From a virus: a stretch of DNA of 64,000 nt. Position numbers and translations under genes: made by a program. Below are positions 1-11,100 of the stretch, piece by piece. Numbering within the stretch: position 1 is the first letter of the stretch; the number at the start of each line of letters is the position of its first letter. Under the pieces are notes generated by a model. That model saw only the letters and a program-made list of their open reading frames with translations, was not told where the DNA came from and ran no database searches. Location of the stretch: the IMG/VR virus record IMGVR_UViG_3300020578_000043, positions 1 to 64,000 of that record. The stretch is one strand, 5' to 3'.

Positions 1-1
1 C

Positions 2-490
2 TTGATATGCAATGACAGGAGACTTGACAGAAGCTGCTCCAGGGAGAAGAACGTTTCCGTTCTGAGCCGTGACGGGTGACAGACCTTTCTTGATCTTATC
101 ATCTCCCTTTTGAAGCTCAGAAAAATCATTTGAAAATGATGATGGTAAACTGTCTGAGAATTTTTCAGAATTTCCTGTGGGGCTTGGGCCAACAGGAAAA
201 CCATTATCCGTCAGTGATGACGGTAGTGTCGCATCAGTCGATGGGTCGATCGTGTATGCATTAGGAACTGAAGTGTACGGTGAGACCTGGCCTTTCGTTG
301 CATTGCTGAGATACGTACCGAGCGTGATCTTGGCCTGAGGAGCAATATCCTTGACGGTCTTGTCGACGGTCATGTCGCCTGGATCATACGAATCTGCAAC
401 GACGACGGCGACACCATTTGGATCGATCGTGTAGACCTTGCCGTCAACCGGATTGACGAATCCCTTGTTTCCCGTCTTCGTGCCTGACAT
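2..490 (-). CDS. Hypothetical protein, probably virion/baseplate-associated; runs off the window edge
   Basis: Manual translation from ATG at 490 (MSGTKTGNKGFVNPVDGKVYTIDPNG...) stays open to the window start; lies downstream of the tape measure gene. Confidence 0.7.
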   Translation of the reverse strand, partial: MSGTKTGNKGFVNPVDGKVYTIDPNGVAVVVADSYDPGDMTVDKTVKDIAPQAKITLGTYLSNATKGQVSPYTSVPNAYTIDPSTDATLPSSLTDNGFPVGPSPTGNSEKFSDSLPSSFSNDFSELQKGDDKIKKGLSPVTAQNGNVLLPGAASVKSPVIAYQ

Positions 491-495
491 CTACA

Positions 496-768
496 TCACT
501 TCTCTTTCGGCGTGAGGGGTGCCCCGTCGCTTTCCTTAATTATGTTGCCGCCGCCTTTCAGGACCTCTGCAATTTCCTTTGCGACATCAGGATTTTCCTG
601 TGCCGTTGATGCCATGAACGTGAATGCATCCAACATCGAATTCATGAGAGTCTCAACCGTTCCGATGATCTTGCGGCGTTCATCAGGAGGTGCTGCCTTC
701 AACAAGGATTGGTAGTCTTTGTCAGATCGTAGCTTCTTGAAGTATTCTTCTTTTGTCGGTATTCGCAT
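496..768 (-). CDS. Hypothetical protein (90 aa)
   Basis: Fills the gap between the tape measure gene and the next gene, same strand. Confidence 0.7.
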   Translation of the reverse strand: MRIPTKEEYFKKLRSDKDYQSLLKAAPPDERRKIIGTVETLMNSMLDAFTFMASTAQENPDVAKEIAEVLKGGGNIIKESDGAPLTPKEK

Positions 769-799
769 GATACGGATGTTCTCTTATAAATTAGCGGAA

Positions 800-3700
800 T
801 TACCCCTGCGTTTTAGTAACGCTCAATGGATTAGCGTTAGTGGTCCAGTTTCCGCCGGCATTACCAGCGGTGTGGAATGCTTGGAAGATGACCGTTCCCG
901 GTGCTGAAACCGCTTCAGACATTTCTTTTCCGCTGACTTGAACGTTTATCTTAAATTCAAAATTAATAGGGCCTCGTGCGATTGCATATGATGCATCTTT
1001 CACGCCTATTCCGTTTGCAATGGATCCAAGCTTAACGTTGATAGCCTGAGCATCTGCGCCTACTCCCGCAGGTAGACCTGCGTTAAACTGTTGTAATGCA
1101 GTCGCCAGAGCCGCTACATTTGTTTTTACTGCGACGGCAACGTCAGATATCGTCCTTTCAGACAATATAGATAGTTGTTGATCAAATCCTTCGGTGACCT
1201 CATTAAACTTGATTAGATTCGCCTTGGCGGTGCCGATAGCCGCTATTTTGTCTGCGGGCAACGTTGTGTTCATCGCCGCGATGGCTTCGGACAATTTGCC
1301 CAACGGCGAATCCTTACCACCCTTAGTTCCACCGGTAATGGCGTCCATCTTTTTTGCCATTGTTTCAAATTTTTGCGCCATTGTCGCTTGATCTGATACT
1401 GCGGTGGAACTTTGAGGTTGGCCTGCCGCAGCCTCGAACTCGTCGAGCGCGTCGGGCATGACACTTTGGCCTGACGGCGCTGCTCGCTGTTCTGCGAGAG
1501 CTTTTGCGCCTAGACCTTGCCGCTCGTCGGCCGTCGTCATTGTATAAAATGCATCGTCCATAGCGCTCTTCATGTCCTTGAACCCAGTCATCAAATCTTT
1601 TAGAGCCGCGACCTTTTCGATGGTGCCTTTCTTAAATGAAGGCAACAAGTCTGCTGCAAGAGATATCCTCACCAAGGTTGAATTAATACCATCGCCTGGT
1701 TCAGTTATCTTTTCCAGTAAAACCGCCATCACGTCGAAAGATTTCTTTATGTTATCAGCTAAAACGTTAGGATTGTCAATATGAAAATATTTTTTGCCTC
1801 CTTCTTTTTCTCCTTGCTCTGAAACGCCTACAACATAACCCATTGTTGCATGCATCGTCGGCATCAATTCATTCACTGCCTTCATCAACTCAGAGATGAC
1901 CTTGAAGATCTCTGACATAGCCTTTGCAGTCTGTATGTCACTTGCGTTCAAGGGGTTCTTTTTAATGATGCCCATGACCCTCTCGAGCATTGCAGGAAGA
2001 CCAGTCGCTGGATTGGCAAGCGTCTCTATAACTTTAGAAATATCTGGTAGGATGACGTTGTTTATCATCCCGCTGAAATCAACAGTATTTTTTACTGCGG
2101 CTTCAGAGTTTTTTATGTTTACTGATTTGTCCTCTAACGAAGGTTTTACGCTGATGTTGACTCCTTGAGCGCCTGTGGTCAAGGATCCGATCAGCTGACT
2201 TGCTGCTGCGATGATGTCAATGACCGCCTTAACTCCCTGCATCTTCTCAGGAGTTATGCCTTTCGCAGCATCGATGGCTGCGCTTGACACACCTCCCATC
2301 AATTTGGCCATCGAGTCGCCTAACTTTGGAGCTAATTCGCCTAGCTTTAAAGAGAAATTTTCAAACGCTTTTGCATCGAATTCTTCCAACGTTTGAACAT
2401 CGGTCGGGCCGATGGTGTGTTTGATGTCTGTTTTTGTCTTCTTTCTAAAATGCTGAACAGGTCCAGTCAACGCAGATAGAGTGGCAGCCACACCGTTCAT
2501 GATTTGCCCCAATCCTTCACCCATCTTGCCTAGAGAGGCAGCGGCGCGGGCATCTTTACCAGAAAAACTTCTCGTGATTGTGGTAACGATCGTGTTTGCA
2601 CCTGTCATTAAGTTTTGTATGATAGGTGCAGCTTCTTTGAGAGAATTTCCAAAACCTTCGATGCTCCCAGAATGATCTATAAGACCCAACAGAGAACTTT
2701 TGGCTTCTGCTTTTGACTTCAAGGAAGATATAGCTTGAGATATAGCACCTATCGTGGAAGCAATTGCTGATATAACTGGGGCTATCTTTGCTGCGGCTTC
2801 GATGTTGACAGCAGGAAGCGATGCTAGCGTTTTTAATCCATCAATTATACCTGCTATTCCTGTGCTTCCCGACACGGCCGGCCCCAGGCCGCCGCTGCGG
2901 CCCAATAATATGTCTATAAAATCTTTTGCTGAATTGAATGTGCTTTCGACCTTTTTTGTATCAGAAAACATGTTCATTGGAAGAGACTTTAGCACATCAG
3001 AGACAGACGTCAATAATGATGCTAAAGCCTGTATGATTGAAGCCATCGCTTCTGCCTTAGATTTGATCTCATTGCCTGAACCTGGCATGTTGGCAGTATG
3101 GGTGATAAGATCCTTCGCAATAAGGATCATCTCACCTGCTGCAAGAGATATCGCGGCCATTCCTGCAATGATGCTTCCCCCTGTGATGAGTGATCCTATT
3201 CCGCCGCCGGCCAACAACCCCATGCCGACAACCATGGCGCTGCCGATGACAGGTATTGACTTTATGAACAGTGTTCCAACCGCATCAACGACGGCCGCTA
3301 CACCTTTCAATGCTTTTGGGTTTTTTATCCTTGTTGCGTCCTCGATTATGTCCGAAGCAAGCAAGCACATTGCCCCGACCACAAGGCCTATCGGCATGAG
3401 ACCAGCAAGCACTTGTCCGATCCCTCCTGTTGAAACTTTCCCAAAACGACCCATTAAGCTTGTTATACCTGAGACCAATTGAGACTTGACGAAAAAGTCA
3501 ATCAATGCATCTATGATGACTCGGGCAGCTTCCATCTGTTCTTTTGTGAAGTTTTTTTCCTTAATATAGTCTAGTATTTTCGCAGTCGCTTGGAACATGA
3601 TATAAGCTTTCGCAGCAAACTCGCCTACATTTGCTAGTGCGGGGCCAACAGAAGAAGCAAATCCTTGCGAAAATGTCTTTGCAAATGATTGGGCTGGGGG

Positions 3701-6019
3701 GCCTAAACCTCCTTCGACTTGAGTCAGTTGATTGCCGAGCCCCGCGGCCGGGCCTCCAGCTCCAGCTTGAGGCAGCCTTTGTTCGAGTGTGCCAGCAATG
3801 TTGCTTAGTTGTTTTGCAATTGGGCCTTGTACAAGACGCGTCGTGGCGTAGGACATTAATCCTGATCCCAATCCAGAGACTAGAGAAGGTCCGATCATGT
3901 ACAACATGATCTTGCCATAATGCTCTTTGAAAGCATTTCCTAATTTTTCACTGGCCCACGACATGAACTTGTCGAACAGCTTTCCTAGGGGGCCTTTAAC
4001 TTTTTCAAACAGTCCGCTAAAAGCAGAAGTAATCGGTGAAACTTCTTCTCCAACCTTGCCTAAAGCCCCGCTTACTTTACTGTTATATTTTCCGTCTATG
4101 AGATCGATCAGCATGTTGAATCCATCTCTAAGCATGTCGCCGAGGTACTCTATAGCTGATGCAATGACCAGCTTCGCTGCCTTCCAGAATTCTTGCAATC
4201 CTTGAAGGACTTTTTGCCCTCCAGGGCCTGACTTTGTCAGGTAATCCATGAAGTTTTTCTGTAAAGCTTCCATCAGGCCCTTGACGGTTCCTTGTCCTAA
4301 GGAGATGTCTTTAAAAAACTTTATGAATGTTTGTTTATAGGATTCAAACAAACCGCCTATCTTGCCTGGTGATAGGATGTCTGCTAGACCCTCGAACAGC
4401 TTTTTCACTCCTGGAAACATCTCGACGAATGCGCGACCGAGCTCACGGCCTTTCTCCATGACGACGACGAAGGCCATCCTCAAGTTTTTTAGGATCTGCA
4501 TGAAGCTCTTTGACGTCGTGATTCCTTGCATGAATCCCTCAAAGAACATTCCTAACAGCGAATTGGATTCTGGGCCGCCACCACCGCCGCCCTGGATCAC
4601 ATGTTCGATGTCTTTCTTTAGAGCAGTCGTGGCTTCGGACGCAGTCATCGTCTTCTTTGCAAGGTGATCAGTCGACGCCGCCAATCGATTCATCGATATC
4701 GCTTGATTCTTTGACGATAATCCTTGACGAACCGCTTCTTCACTCATGCTCACTGTAGATGCAATGAGTTGAAGCTCTTGGCGATTCATGTTTTCGACGG
4801 ACTTACCTGCAGAAGCGAAAGAATCTTTCAACATCTTTAATGCGTCATCGGGCGTCTTGGCCTCTACAAGCTTCATGACATCGATGTTGACGCCGAAAGC
4901 CTGAGACAGCTTTGACACGTTCTCTGCGGCCTGGTCGAACGTGTTGAATGCATCGAGGATTCCCGTTATGTCTTTCAACTCAAGGCCCAAGCTGTGAGCA
5001 TATGCAGTTGCCTTTGCGATTTCCTTAACGCTTGAGTTTGCAAAGTGCTTCACGTCCTTCATCGCGCGGGACATGTCACGAGACATCAACTTAGAGTTGA
5101 GACCAAACTCAGAAGACAGACCTTTCGCGAACTTGGTCATGTTTATCTCAATGGACTCCATGGACTCGCCGGTGGCCTTTGAGGCGCTCATCAATCCTTG
5201 GAATTCTTCTTCACCGATTCCAAGGCCTTTCGCCATGATGAACACGTTCTTGCCCGTCTTTTCAAACTGATCCTTCAAACTGCTGAACAAGACAGGAGCA
5301 GGACCTGCCAGCTTCATGACATATTCTATGGTATCCTTCAACGTACCGAACTGTCTGGATACCTTAAACAGACCCGGAGCCATGTCGCCCCACCCAGCAA
5401 GCCCGCGCGCTGTGTCGATTATTTCTTTTCCTATGCCTTGCTTTGGATCACCAAAGACTTCGCGGATCTTGTTGATCGCTTCCAACAGCCCGCCACCACC
5501 ACCCCCGCCACCCTTGGCCATGCCGATGAGACCTTCCCACAGCTTAAACGGTATCGACAATATTGCTGCAGACAAATCGAATATGGCTCCGATCATGCTC
5601 GTCACGCCGCTGAGAAAGCTCTTGGCAAGGTTCATGGACAGCTTGAACCCAGAAGACATACCCTTCAGCCCAGCGCCGACCGCGGCCAAGGCCGCCGCGG
5701 CTTTCTTTCCTTCAGCACCCATGTTTTTTAAGATGGTTTTCATCACACCCGCAGCATCGCTAAAACTCTCAATGCTGTCGATGCTTTTTTGCAGATTTTC
5801 TCTAAATTTTTCAGCTGATCGATCTGCACCTTGAAGGGCAGCTTGAGCAGCATCCATCGATGCACGAACTTGGTTTCCAGCAGTTGCTGCATTTCCAGCA
5901 GGTCCAGCGATTTGTCCAAATGCAGCTGCTAATGCTTGGGTTGCAGCGACCATCTGCTGCATTGCTGTGGCTTGCGCGCTTAGATCATTTGCCGATGGTC
6001 CTTGAGGAGGCGTTGCCAT
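800..6019 (-). CDS. Tail tape measure protein (1739 aa)
   Basis: Very long Ala/Gly/Ser/Lys-rich helical protein with central hydrophobic stretches; canonical position after tube and chaperone genes. Confidence 0.85.
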   Translation of the reverse strand: MATPPQGPSANDLSAQATAMQQMVAATQALAAAFGQIAGPAGNAATAGNQVRASMDAAQAALQGADRSAEKFRENLQKSIDSIESFSDAAGVMKTILKNMGAEGKKAAAALAAVGAGLKGMSSGFKLSMNLAKSFLSGVTSMIGAIFDLSAAILSIPFKLWEGLIGMAKGGGGGGGGLLEAINKIREVFGDPKQGIGKEIIDTARGLAGWGDMAPGLFKVSRQFGTLKDTIEYVMKLAGPAPVLFSSLKDQFEKTGKNVFIMAKGLGIGEEEFQGLMSASKATGESMESIEINMTKFAKGLSSEFGLNSKLMSRDMSRAMKDVKHFANSSVKEIAKATAYAHSLGLELKDITGILDAFNTFDQAAENVSKLSQAFGVNIDVMKLVEAKTPDDALKMLKDSFASAGKSVENMNRQELQLIASTVSMSEEAVRQGLSSKNQAISMNRLAASTDHLAKKTMTASEATTALKKDIEHVIQGGGGGGPESNSLLGMFFEGFMQGITTSKSFMQILKNLRMAFVVVMEKGRELGRAFVEMFPGVKKLFEGLADILSPGKIGGLFESYKQTFIKFFKDISLGQGTVKGLMEALQKNFMDYLTKSGPGGQKVLQGLQEFWKAAKLVIASAIEYLGDMLRDGFNMLIDLIDGKYNSKVSGALGKVGEEVSPITSAFSGLFEKVKGPLGKLFDKFMSWASEKLGNAFKEHYGKIMLYMIGPSLVSGLGSGLMSYATTRLVQGPIAKQLSNIAGTLEQRLPQAGAGGPAAGLGNQLTQVEGGLGPPAQSFAKTFSQGFASSVGPALANVGEFAAKAYIMFQATAKILDYIKEKNFTKEQMEAARVIIDALIDFFVKSQLVSGITSLMGRFGKVSTGGIGQVLAGLMPIGLVVGAMCLLASDIIEDATRIKNPKALKGVAAVVDAVGTLFIKSIPVIGSAMVVGMGLLAGGGIGSLITGGSIIAGMAAISLAAGEMILIAKDLITHTANMPGSGNEIKSKAEAMASIIQALASLLTSVSDVLKSLPMNMFSDTKKVESTFNSAKDFIDILLGRSGGLGPAVSGSTGIAGIIDGLKTLASLPAVNIEAAAKIAPVISAIASTIGAISQAISSLKSKAEAKSSLLGLIDHSGSIEGFGNSLKEAAPIIQNLMTGANTIVTTITRSFSGKDARAAASLGKMGEGLGQIMNGVAATLSALTGPVQHFRKKTKTDIKHTIGPTDVQTLEEFDAKAFENFSLKLGELAPKLGDSMAKLMGGVSSAAIDAAKGITPEKMQGVKAVIDIIAAASQLIGSLTTGAQGVNISVKPSLEDKSVNIKNSEAAVKNTVDFSGMINNVILPDISKVIETLANPATGLPAMLERVMGIIKKNPLNASDIQTAKAMSEIFKVISELMKAVNELMPTMHATMGYVVGVSEQGEKEGGKKYFHIDNPNVLADNIKKSFDVMAVLLEKITEPGDGINSTLVRISLAADLLPSFKKGTIEKVAALKDLMTGFKDMKSAMDDAFYTMTTADERQGLGAKALAEQRAAPSGQSVMPDALDEFEAAAGQPQSSTAVSDQATMAQKFETMAKKMDAITGGTKGGKDSPLGKLSEAIAAMNTTLPADKIAAIGTAKANLIKFNEVTEGFDQQLSILSERTISDVAVAVKTNVAALATALQQFNAGLPAGVGADAQAINVKLGSIANGIGVKDASYAIARGPINFEFKINVQVSGKEMSEAVSAPGTVIFQAFHTAGNAGGNWTTNANPLSVTKTQG

Positions 6020-6027
6020 GCTTCACC

Positions 6028-6321
6028 TCATAGCAACCAAGGCATGCCTAGTTTTGACTCAAATACTCTAGCTGCCATCGATTTGATTTGCAATTTCTCA
6101 GTTATGGTTTGCAGAGTCGCATCAGGATCATGCAACTCATTTTGAAAATCTTTCGATGCGAGCATCGCATCTTTTACAGCATTGATCTGTGCGGTAGTTC
6201 CTTCAACATACAGGTTGTCCAATTTTTCATCAATCAACCATGATGCAATTGAAGAAAAAAATGACTCACTCACCGATGTAACTTCTTCATCATAAGATGA
6301 ATATTCGCTCTTCGACACCAT
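6028..6321 (-). CDS. Hypothetical protein (97 aa)
   Basis: ORF in the tail operon, tightly spaced. Confidence 0.7.
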   Translation of the reverse strand: MVSKSEYSSYDEEVTSVSESFFSSIASWLIDEKLDNLYVEGTTAQINAVKDAMLASKDFQNELHDPDATLQTITEKLQIKSMAARVFESKLGMPWLL

Positions 6322-6363
6322 GCATATATGTAGTTAGATTCAAAAAAAACATCCAAACAATAA

Positions 6364-6582
6364 TCAAGTAAATCTTCTTAACCTTGCTGGAGATTCAGAT
6401 CTAGACATGCCCATAAGGGCTCTAGCATCTGAGGGATTATGATGCAAAGCTCTAGAAGGAATTTGATTACTTCCTTCTTGGCTTCGAGTCATCTCCTTGT
6501 TTAATCGCTCGATGAACCATCGTTTATATGCAACGGGCATATTGTAAGTTTCCCTGTAAGAGAAACCACAATAATACATCAA
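6364..6582 (-). CDS. gp51-like baseplate hub assembly / tail chaperone C-terminal part, probably expressed by frameshift from the upstream gene
   Basis: GFSYRETYNMPVAYKRWFIERL motif; the frame is open upstream into the end of 6614..7489 (FFGLRSEDKEAIILEP...). Confidence 0.65.
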   Translation of the reverse strand: MMYYCGFSYRETYNMPVAYKRWFIERLNKEMTRSQEGSNQIPSRALHHNPSDARALMGMSRSESPARLRRFT

Positions 6583-6613
6583 TATAAACGATGGCTCTAA
6601 GATAATAGCTTCT

Positions 6614-7489
6614 TTATCTTCCGAACGAAGGCCAAAGAAACGTGATTCCGAGCGGCATGTTCACCTCCTCGGAATGTCCGCAAGATGGACATGTGACGTC
6701 TTGTTTCATAGTCAATCCAGGTTCATTATCACGGATGTAATTTCTGAGAGCTAGAGAATCGCGGGCAGGCATCATCTTGATGAAGTTTGAAATCTTAAAT
6801 CTATCTTCAACACCATCGATTGATACGATTGATTGATGCAACGAAGTCGTGACGTTTGACTCAGTTTGAATACCCATCTTCTTTTGCTTCTCTTGAGTGA
6901 CCGTTTGTTCTTCCTCGTCACGACCGGTCGTAAACTTAAATCTTACCTTCTTCTTCGTGTGAGGTAGTAAAAACTCAAACAAATTTGATCCTTCCGAGAC
7001 GGGCTCAATATCCAATCGTTTAATCGGCAATTCTGCGAGGTTGAAGACTTGCTCATTCTTCGCCTGACAATCTCCGCATTGAATCTCAGCAGTATAATCT
7101 GGACCGTATCCAGTTATTCTGACTGCGACCATCAATGCGTTTCGATCACCAAGAAGTATATCAGAAACGTTGATCGAACGATCAATCACACAAGCTTTGA
7201 TCAATTCGTTGACAACGGTTCCTTTTTTTATAAGAGCCCTTGACGTCAAGATGTCTTCTTCACGAGCAGTCATCGGGCGAATCTCTACTGTTTCTTTTAA
7301 ATGCAATGCCGATCCAGGAGGGTAAACCCTCCCGCCTGACGGAAGAGGAACCATCTCACTTGGAATGTCTAGGCCGAAATCTGCCTTCAGCTTCTCTGCT
7401 GCAGAAATCGATGGCATTCTTGGGTCAACTCCGGCAGGTGCATTTGATGAAGTAAATACTGCGTTCTTGGTCTCTCTCTGGTCTGACAT
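6614..7489 (-). CDS. T4 gp26-like baseplate hub / tail assembly chaperone
   Basis: LPSGG..YP, IRPMTAREEDIL, GDRNALMVAVRITGYG, two CxxC pairs, C-terminal FLWP; lies between tube and tape measure genes. Confidence 0.8.
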   Translation of the reverse strand: MSDQRETKNAVFTSSNAPAGVDPRMPSISAAEKLKADFGLDIPSEMVPLPSGGRVYPPGSALHLKETVEIRPMTAREEDILTSRALIKKGTVVNELIKACVIDRSINVSDILLGDRNALMVAVRITGYGPDYTAEIQCGDCQAKNEQVFNLAELPIKRLDIEPVSEGSNLFEFLLPHTKKKVRFKFTTGRDEEEQTVTQEKQKKMGIQTESNVTTSLHQSIVSIDGVEDRFKISNFIKMMPARDSLALRNYIRDNEPGLTMKQDVTCPSCGHSEEVNMPLGITFLWPSFGR

Positions 7490-7513
7490 ATATCTCCTAA
7501 AAGACTTTACTTC

Positions 7514-7542
7514 ATTATGTAATCAAGACTTAAAAAAGTAAA
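7514..7542 (-). promoter_or_regulatory. Putative sigma70-like promoter for the gp26-like gene
   Basis: TTTACT-N17-CATAAT on the minus strand, just after the tube terminator; AGGAG RBS downstream. Confidence 0.4.
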
Positions 7543-7552
7543 CCAAGACCAT

Positions 7553-7585
7553 AAAAAAACAAAAGGCCCAACAACGGGCCTTTTG
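7553..7585 (-). terminator. Rho-independent terminator after the tail tube gene
   Basis: CAAAAGGCCC-GTTGTT-GGGCCTTTTG hairpin followed by a T-run on the minus strand. Confidence 0.85.
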
Positions 7586-7607
7586 CTGTCATCATGCTGC
7601 TGATCAA

Positions 7608-8096
7608 TCAGTACTGCAATACACAGTTGTCATAGCGGAGAGTTAGAGCGATTTCAACCGGACCGCCGTCTTCATATGTGACTTCGTTGAAGTTTGCATC
7701 GGTGATGAATGCTCCCTTGATGTCCCACAGCTCGACGACCGTGCCGACAGGATCGAGCATCTTTAATTGGATGTCACGCTTATAAAAGTCTGCATAACCG
7801 GAACGACCAGAGACAGACTCGAAGTGAAGCCTGATCCATTCCATGACCTGTTGCGCACCTGATGGAGCGATTGGGTCATGAAGGGTCACGTTCATCGTGC
7901 TGAACGTCGTCTTACCTGCGAGGTACCGACGTGAGTTGATGAACGGAACTTCAACTTCTTCAGTTGTGATCTGAGGACGAGCTGCGGTTTTTAGAATGTA
8001 AGCGTCGATGCCTTCGATCATTAGAACCCAACGGTTTTTTCGTTTTGGTTCAAACTTGTTCGGAATCATTGACGTGACGTCAAGTGTTTCAGCCAT
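7608..8096 (-). CDS. Tail tube protein (T4 gp19-like)
   Basis: FEPKRKNRW, YKRDIQLKMLDPVG.VVE.W.IKGAF, LTLRYD; 162 aa; follows the sheath genes. Confidence 0.92.
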   Translation of the reverse strand: MAETLDVTSMIPNKFEPKRKNRWVLMIEGIDAYILKTAARPQITTEEVEVPFINSRRYLAGKTTFSTMNVTLHDPIAPSGAQQVMEWIRLHFESVSGRSGYADFYKRDIQLKMLDPVGTVVELWDIKGAFITDANFNEVTYEDGGPVEIALTLRYDNCVLQY

Positions 8097-8167
8097 GATG
8101 GGTTTCTCCTGCTAATGAAGCTAGCATAATTATTCTTTATCGATGATTATTAAAAAAAAATTGAACT

Positions 8168-11100
8168 TTATATCTCTGACTCTAACCCGTTGGACACTAT
8201 GAAGTCCAACGATACGAATTCTTTGATCTTGGTGGGGCGTAGATAAATCTTGCCTCTGATCGTGTTATTATCTATATCTTTCTGCGTCGTTGTCGACAAA
8301 TCTACCTTGACATTGTATTCTCTCAATCCAAACAGGCCTTGGATCACAGACAGCCGACGACCCATTTCACTAGAAAATATTCCTAGCGTAGTTTGAAGAT
8401 TTTGACTGAAAAGTAGTCCCAAGGCAACTTCTCTTGCCTGACGGCGGATTTCGATTAATAACCTACGAACGTTGATTCTACTGAGCGACGATGTAGAGCT
8501 AGAAACAGTCTTCTGTCCCAATATGACGACGCCGGAGTCTTTGTTACTGGCATTCTTCGTGACGTATAGAGGATTTATGTTATTTGAATATAGGGAATTA
8601 AGGTCATTTTCTGAAACATTTCCTATCGTCAGCAGCGTCCTAGGAAGATTGCCTCTAGTCGCACCGGCCGGTGCGAACCACGGCTGACCTATGCTGTCAT
8701 TCAACGACATCGCACCCAGCACCACGACAGACGGTGGGACTTCAACTCTATCGATCCCATAGACGACAGACGGTATGCTCTGAACGACGTCTGGGAAGTA
8801 TGCTGCTGCAAAGCTTGAGTTCAACCCACGAGCGGTGAATTGCCTGATTGTGCTCGATACGTCTGCACGGTCATTATTAACATACGCAGCGTATCTAGAC
8901 ATGTCGAGCGTCTCTCCTGAAATGTTAGATTGTTCAACGTCCATCACATACATCGCGTCGAACCTAGACTCAACGACCGATATCGCCTCGTCGGTCACGA
9001 CGGGATGCCTGATTCCAGGTATGGCCAACAAGTTCATGTCGAAATCAGAAACATTACCTAGGATGTCCAGCGCCTTGTGGTATGCTCTGACGTTCGGACC
9101 TTGTTCACGTCCTCGTTCTGGGTAATCCATGTCTGCCCTGACTGCGGCATTTGTAAGGTTTTTTTCCTCAAAGTCGAAGATGTTGAGGCCGTCAGATCCT
9201 CCTTGAAAGATCGTGTAGAAAGACAGGTAGTTCCTGCTCTGAGCATCACGAAGATCGTTCACTCCTACGGGCCTAGTCTTGAAAAAGTCTTCAGCAGCAA
9301 ATCCTCCATCCCTTACGTAAGAGGCAAAGACCCAGTCTTCCGCTGGATCAACGAATCCGTTTGACCCTGTCTTGATTCTTATATTCTCTAAAGTGAATAG
9401 GTTGTTGCAGAACCTATCTGCATCGATGATTCCCAACTGAGCCGTGTCAGGCGTTCCTTCGTTGTTTGAGACAGAAAAGTTTGCATACGTCGTTGAGTGG
9501 TTTGGGAAATGACGAGTCATCGCTTCAAGAGATTCGTTGAACGTCTTGCTTGCATTTGGATCCGTAGGATCGGTCGTCATCTCAAACCTGACGCCCCACC
9601 GTCTGGAAGCTGATGATTTGAAGTTTCCGTTACCATCCAATGCATTGAGGTTTTCCATCAGAGGTAGCGGTAATGCCGTCGTGTTGCGCAAGAAATTAGA
9701 AACAGACAGCGCACTGGCGTCTGTGCCTCCTAAAGACGCAAGGGGAGATGATCCTGACGTGACGAGATGAGACACTCCTCTGAACCCCATTGGAATGACA
9801 ACGGCTGGCGCGGATTGGTCTGAGACACCAGGTGAGACTTCGACACGTAGGATCCTGGATCTTACGGGATAATTTCCTTCTATGACGAACTTTTGTTCGC
9901 CCGCCGTTCGATCAAAGTCGTAATAGGCATGAGTGTCTCCTATGATCTTTGAGATGTATCGCGGTGAAGCAGGATCAAGGTTCACGTCGATGTACGTTTC
10001 TAGGTCAGGTGATGAATCATCCAGATCCCTAAAACTTCGAATTGAAACCGTGAAAGAAGCGTATTGGTAATCATCTGTCACAGCAGCAGGAATGATGTCG
10101 TGTATCAATACCTTGTATTGATTGGACACGTTGGATCCTGCATCAAGAGCATGAAACCTAAACAAGTTGACGTATTTTCCGTGGATTTTTTGTGAGATGA
10201 TCCATGGAGTCACTGCATGAGAAAACCTGTCCCTAAAGTTTTCGTAGTTGGGAGCAGTAGACGATCCAGCATTCCATCCTGAAGATCCTGTCAACAAGAA
10301 AACGGATCTCTCTTTTCCTAGGACTTGGTTCGTAGAGTTTGGAACATCACATCCTGCAGAGACGACGCCTGTACCCGTCAGGAATGCAACGCTTGGATGG
10401 ATGTCCCAATACGTTGAAAGATAGTGACCGGCCTGTTGAATGAATGAAGCTGACTGATTTAAGACCCGCCCTATGTAGTTGTCTGACTGCATGTCCAACG
10501 ATGCGGTGATGACATTGGGATACTCATCTGTTCCCTTATGGCCGTTCAGCAAGAGGACAAACTGCTGCAATGAAGTTCCTATGCCGTCATACAACACGAC
10601 TGAACCCAATGACGTTCCGTTCGATGATGCATCAGTCGCAACGAGGGATGAAGCAGGAGGGTTCGAGTTCCTTCCGCCACCAGACGCAGACAATCTCAAG
10701 ACGACGCCTGAAGGAGCCATGAGTATCGCACGCACGAGCGGAATGGAAGATGCTCCAGAGTTGTTCACGCTTCCCGTGCCTTGAATCTTTGCAGAGCTGA
10801 AGATCGTCGAACCCGCTGACTCAGACATGAAACATCCTAGAAAGTATGTGCGACCAGGTATGCCACCTGAGTTTGCATATGGATTGGAGCCTAATGTACC
10901 TGAAGAGTTGACGTAATCTGGTAGCTTTTCACCCACCGTGAAGCCTGCGTTGGCCACGTCTCCTGACGTGGCACCAGAATCAACTCTCTTGTTACCATCA
11001 CCGACCCCGAGGACTCGCAGGTACGTCAATGCAGTTGAGTTCTGTAACCATTCTTCAGACGCCATCAATCCGTAGTTCGTCGACGTCTCAGGTACTCCCA

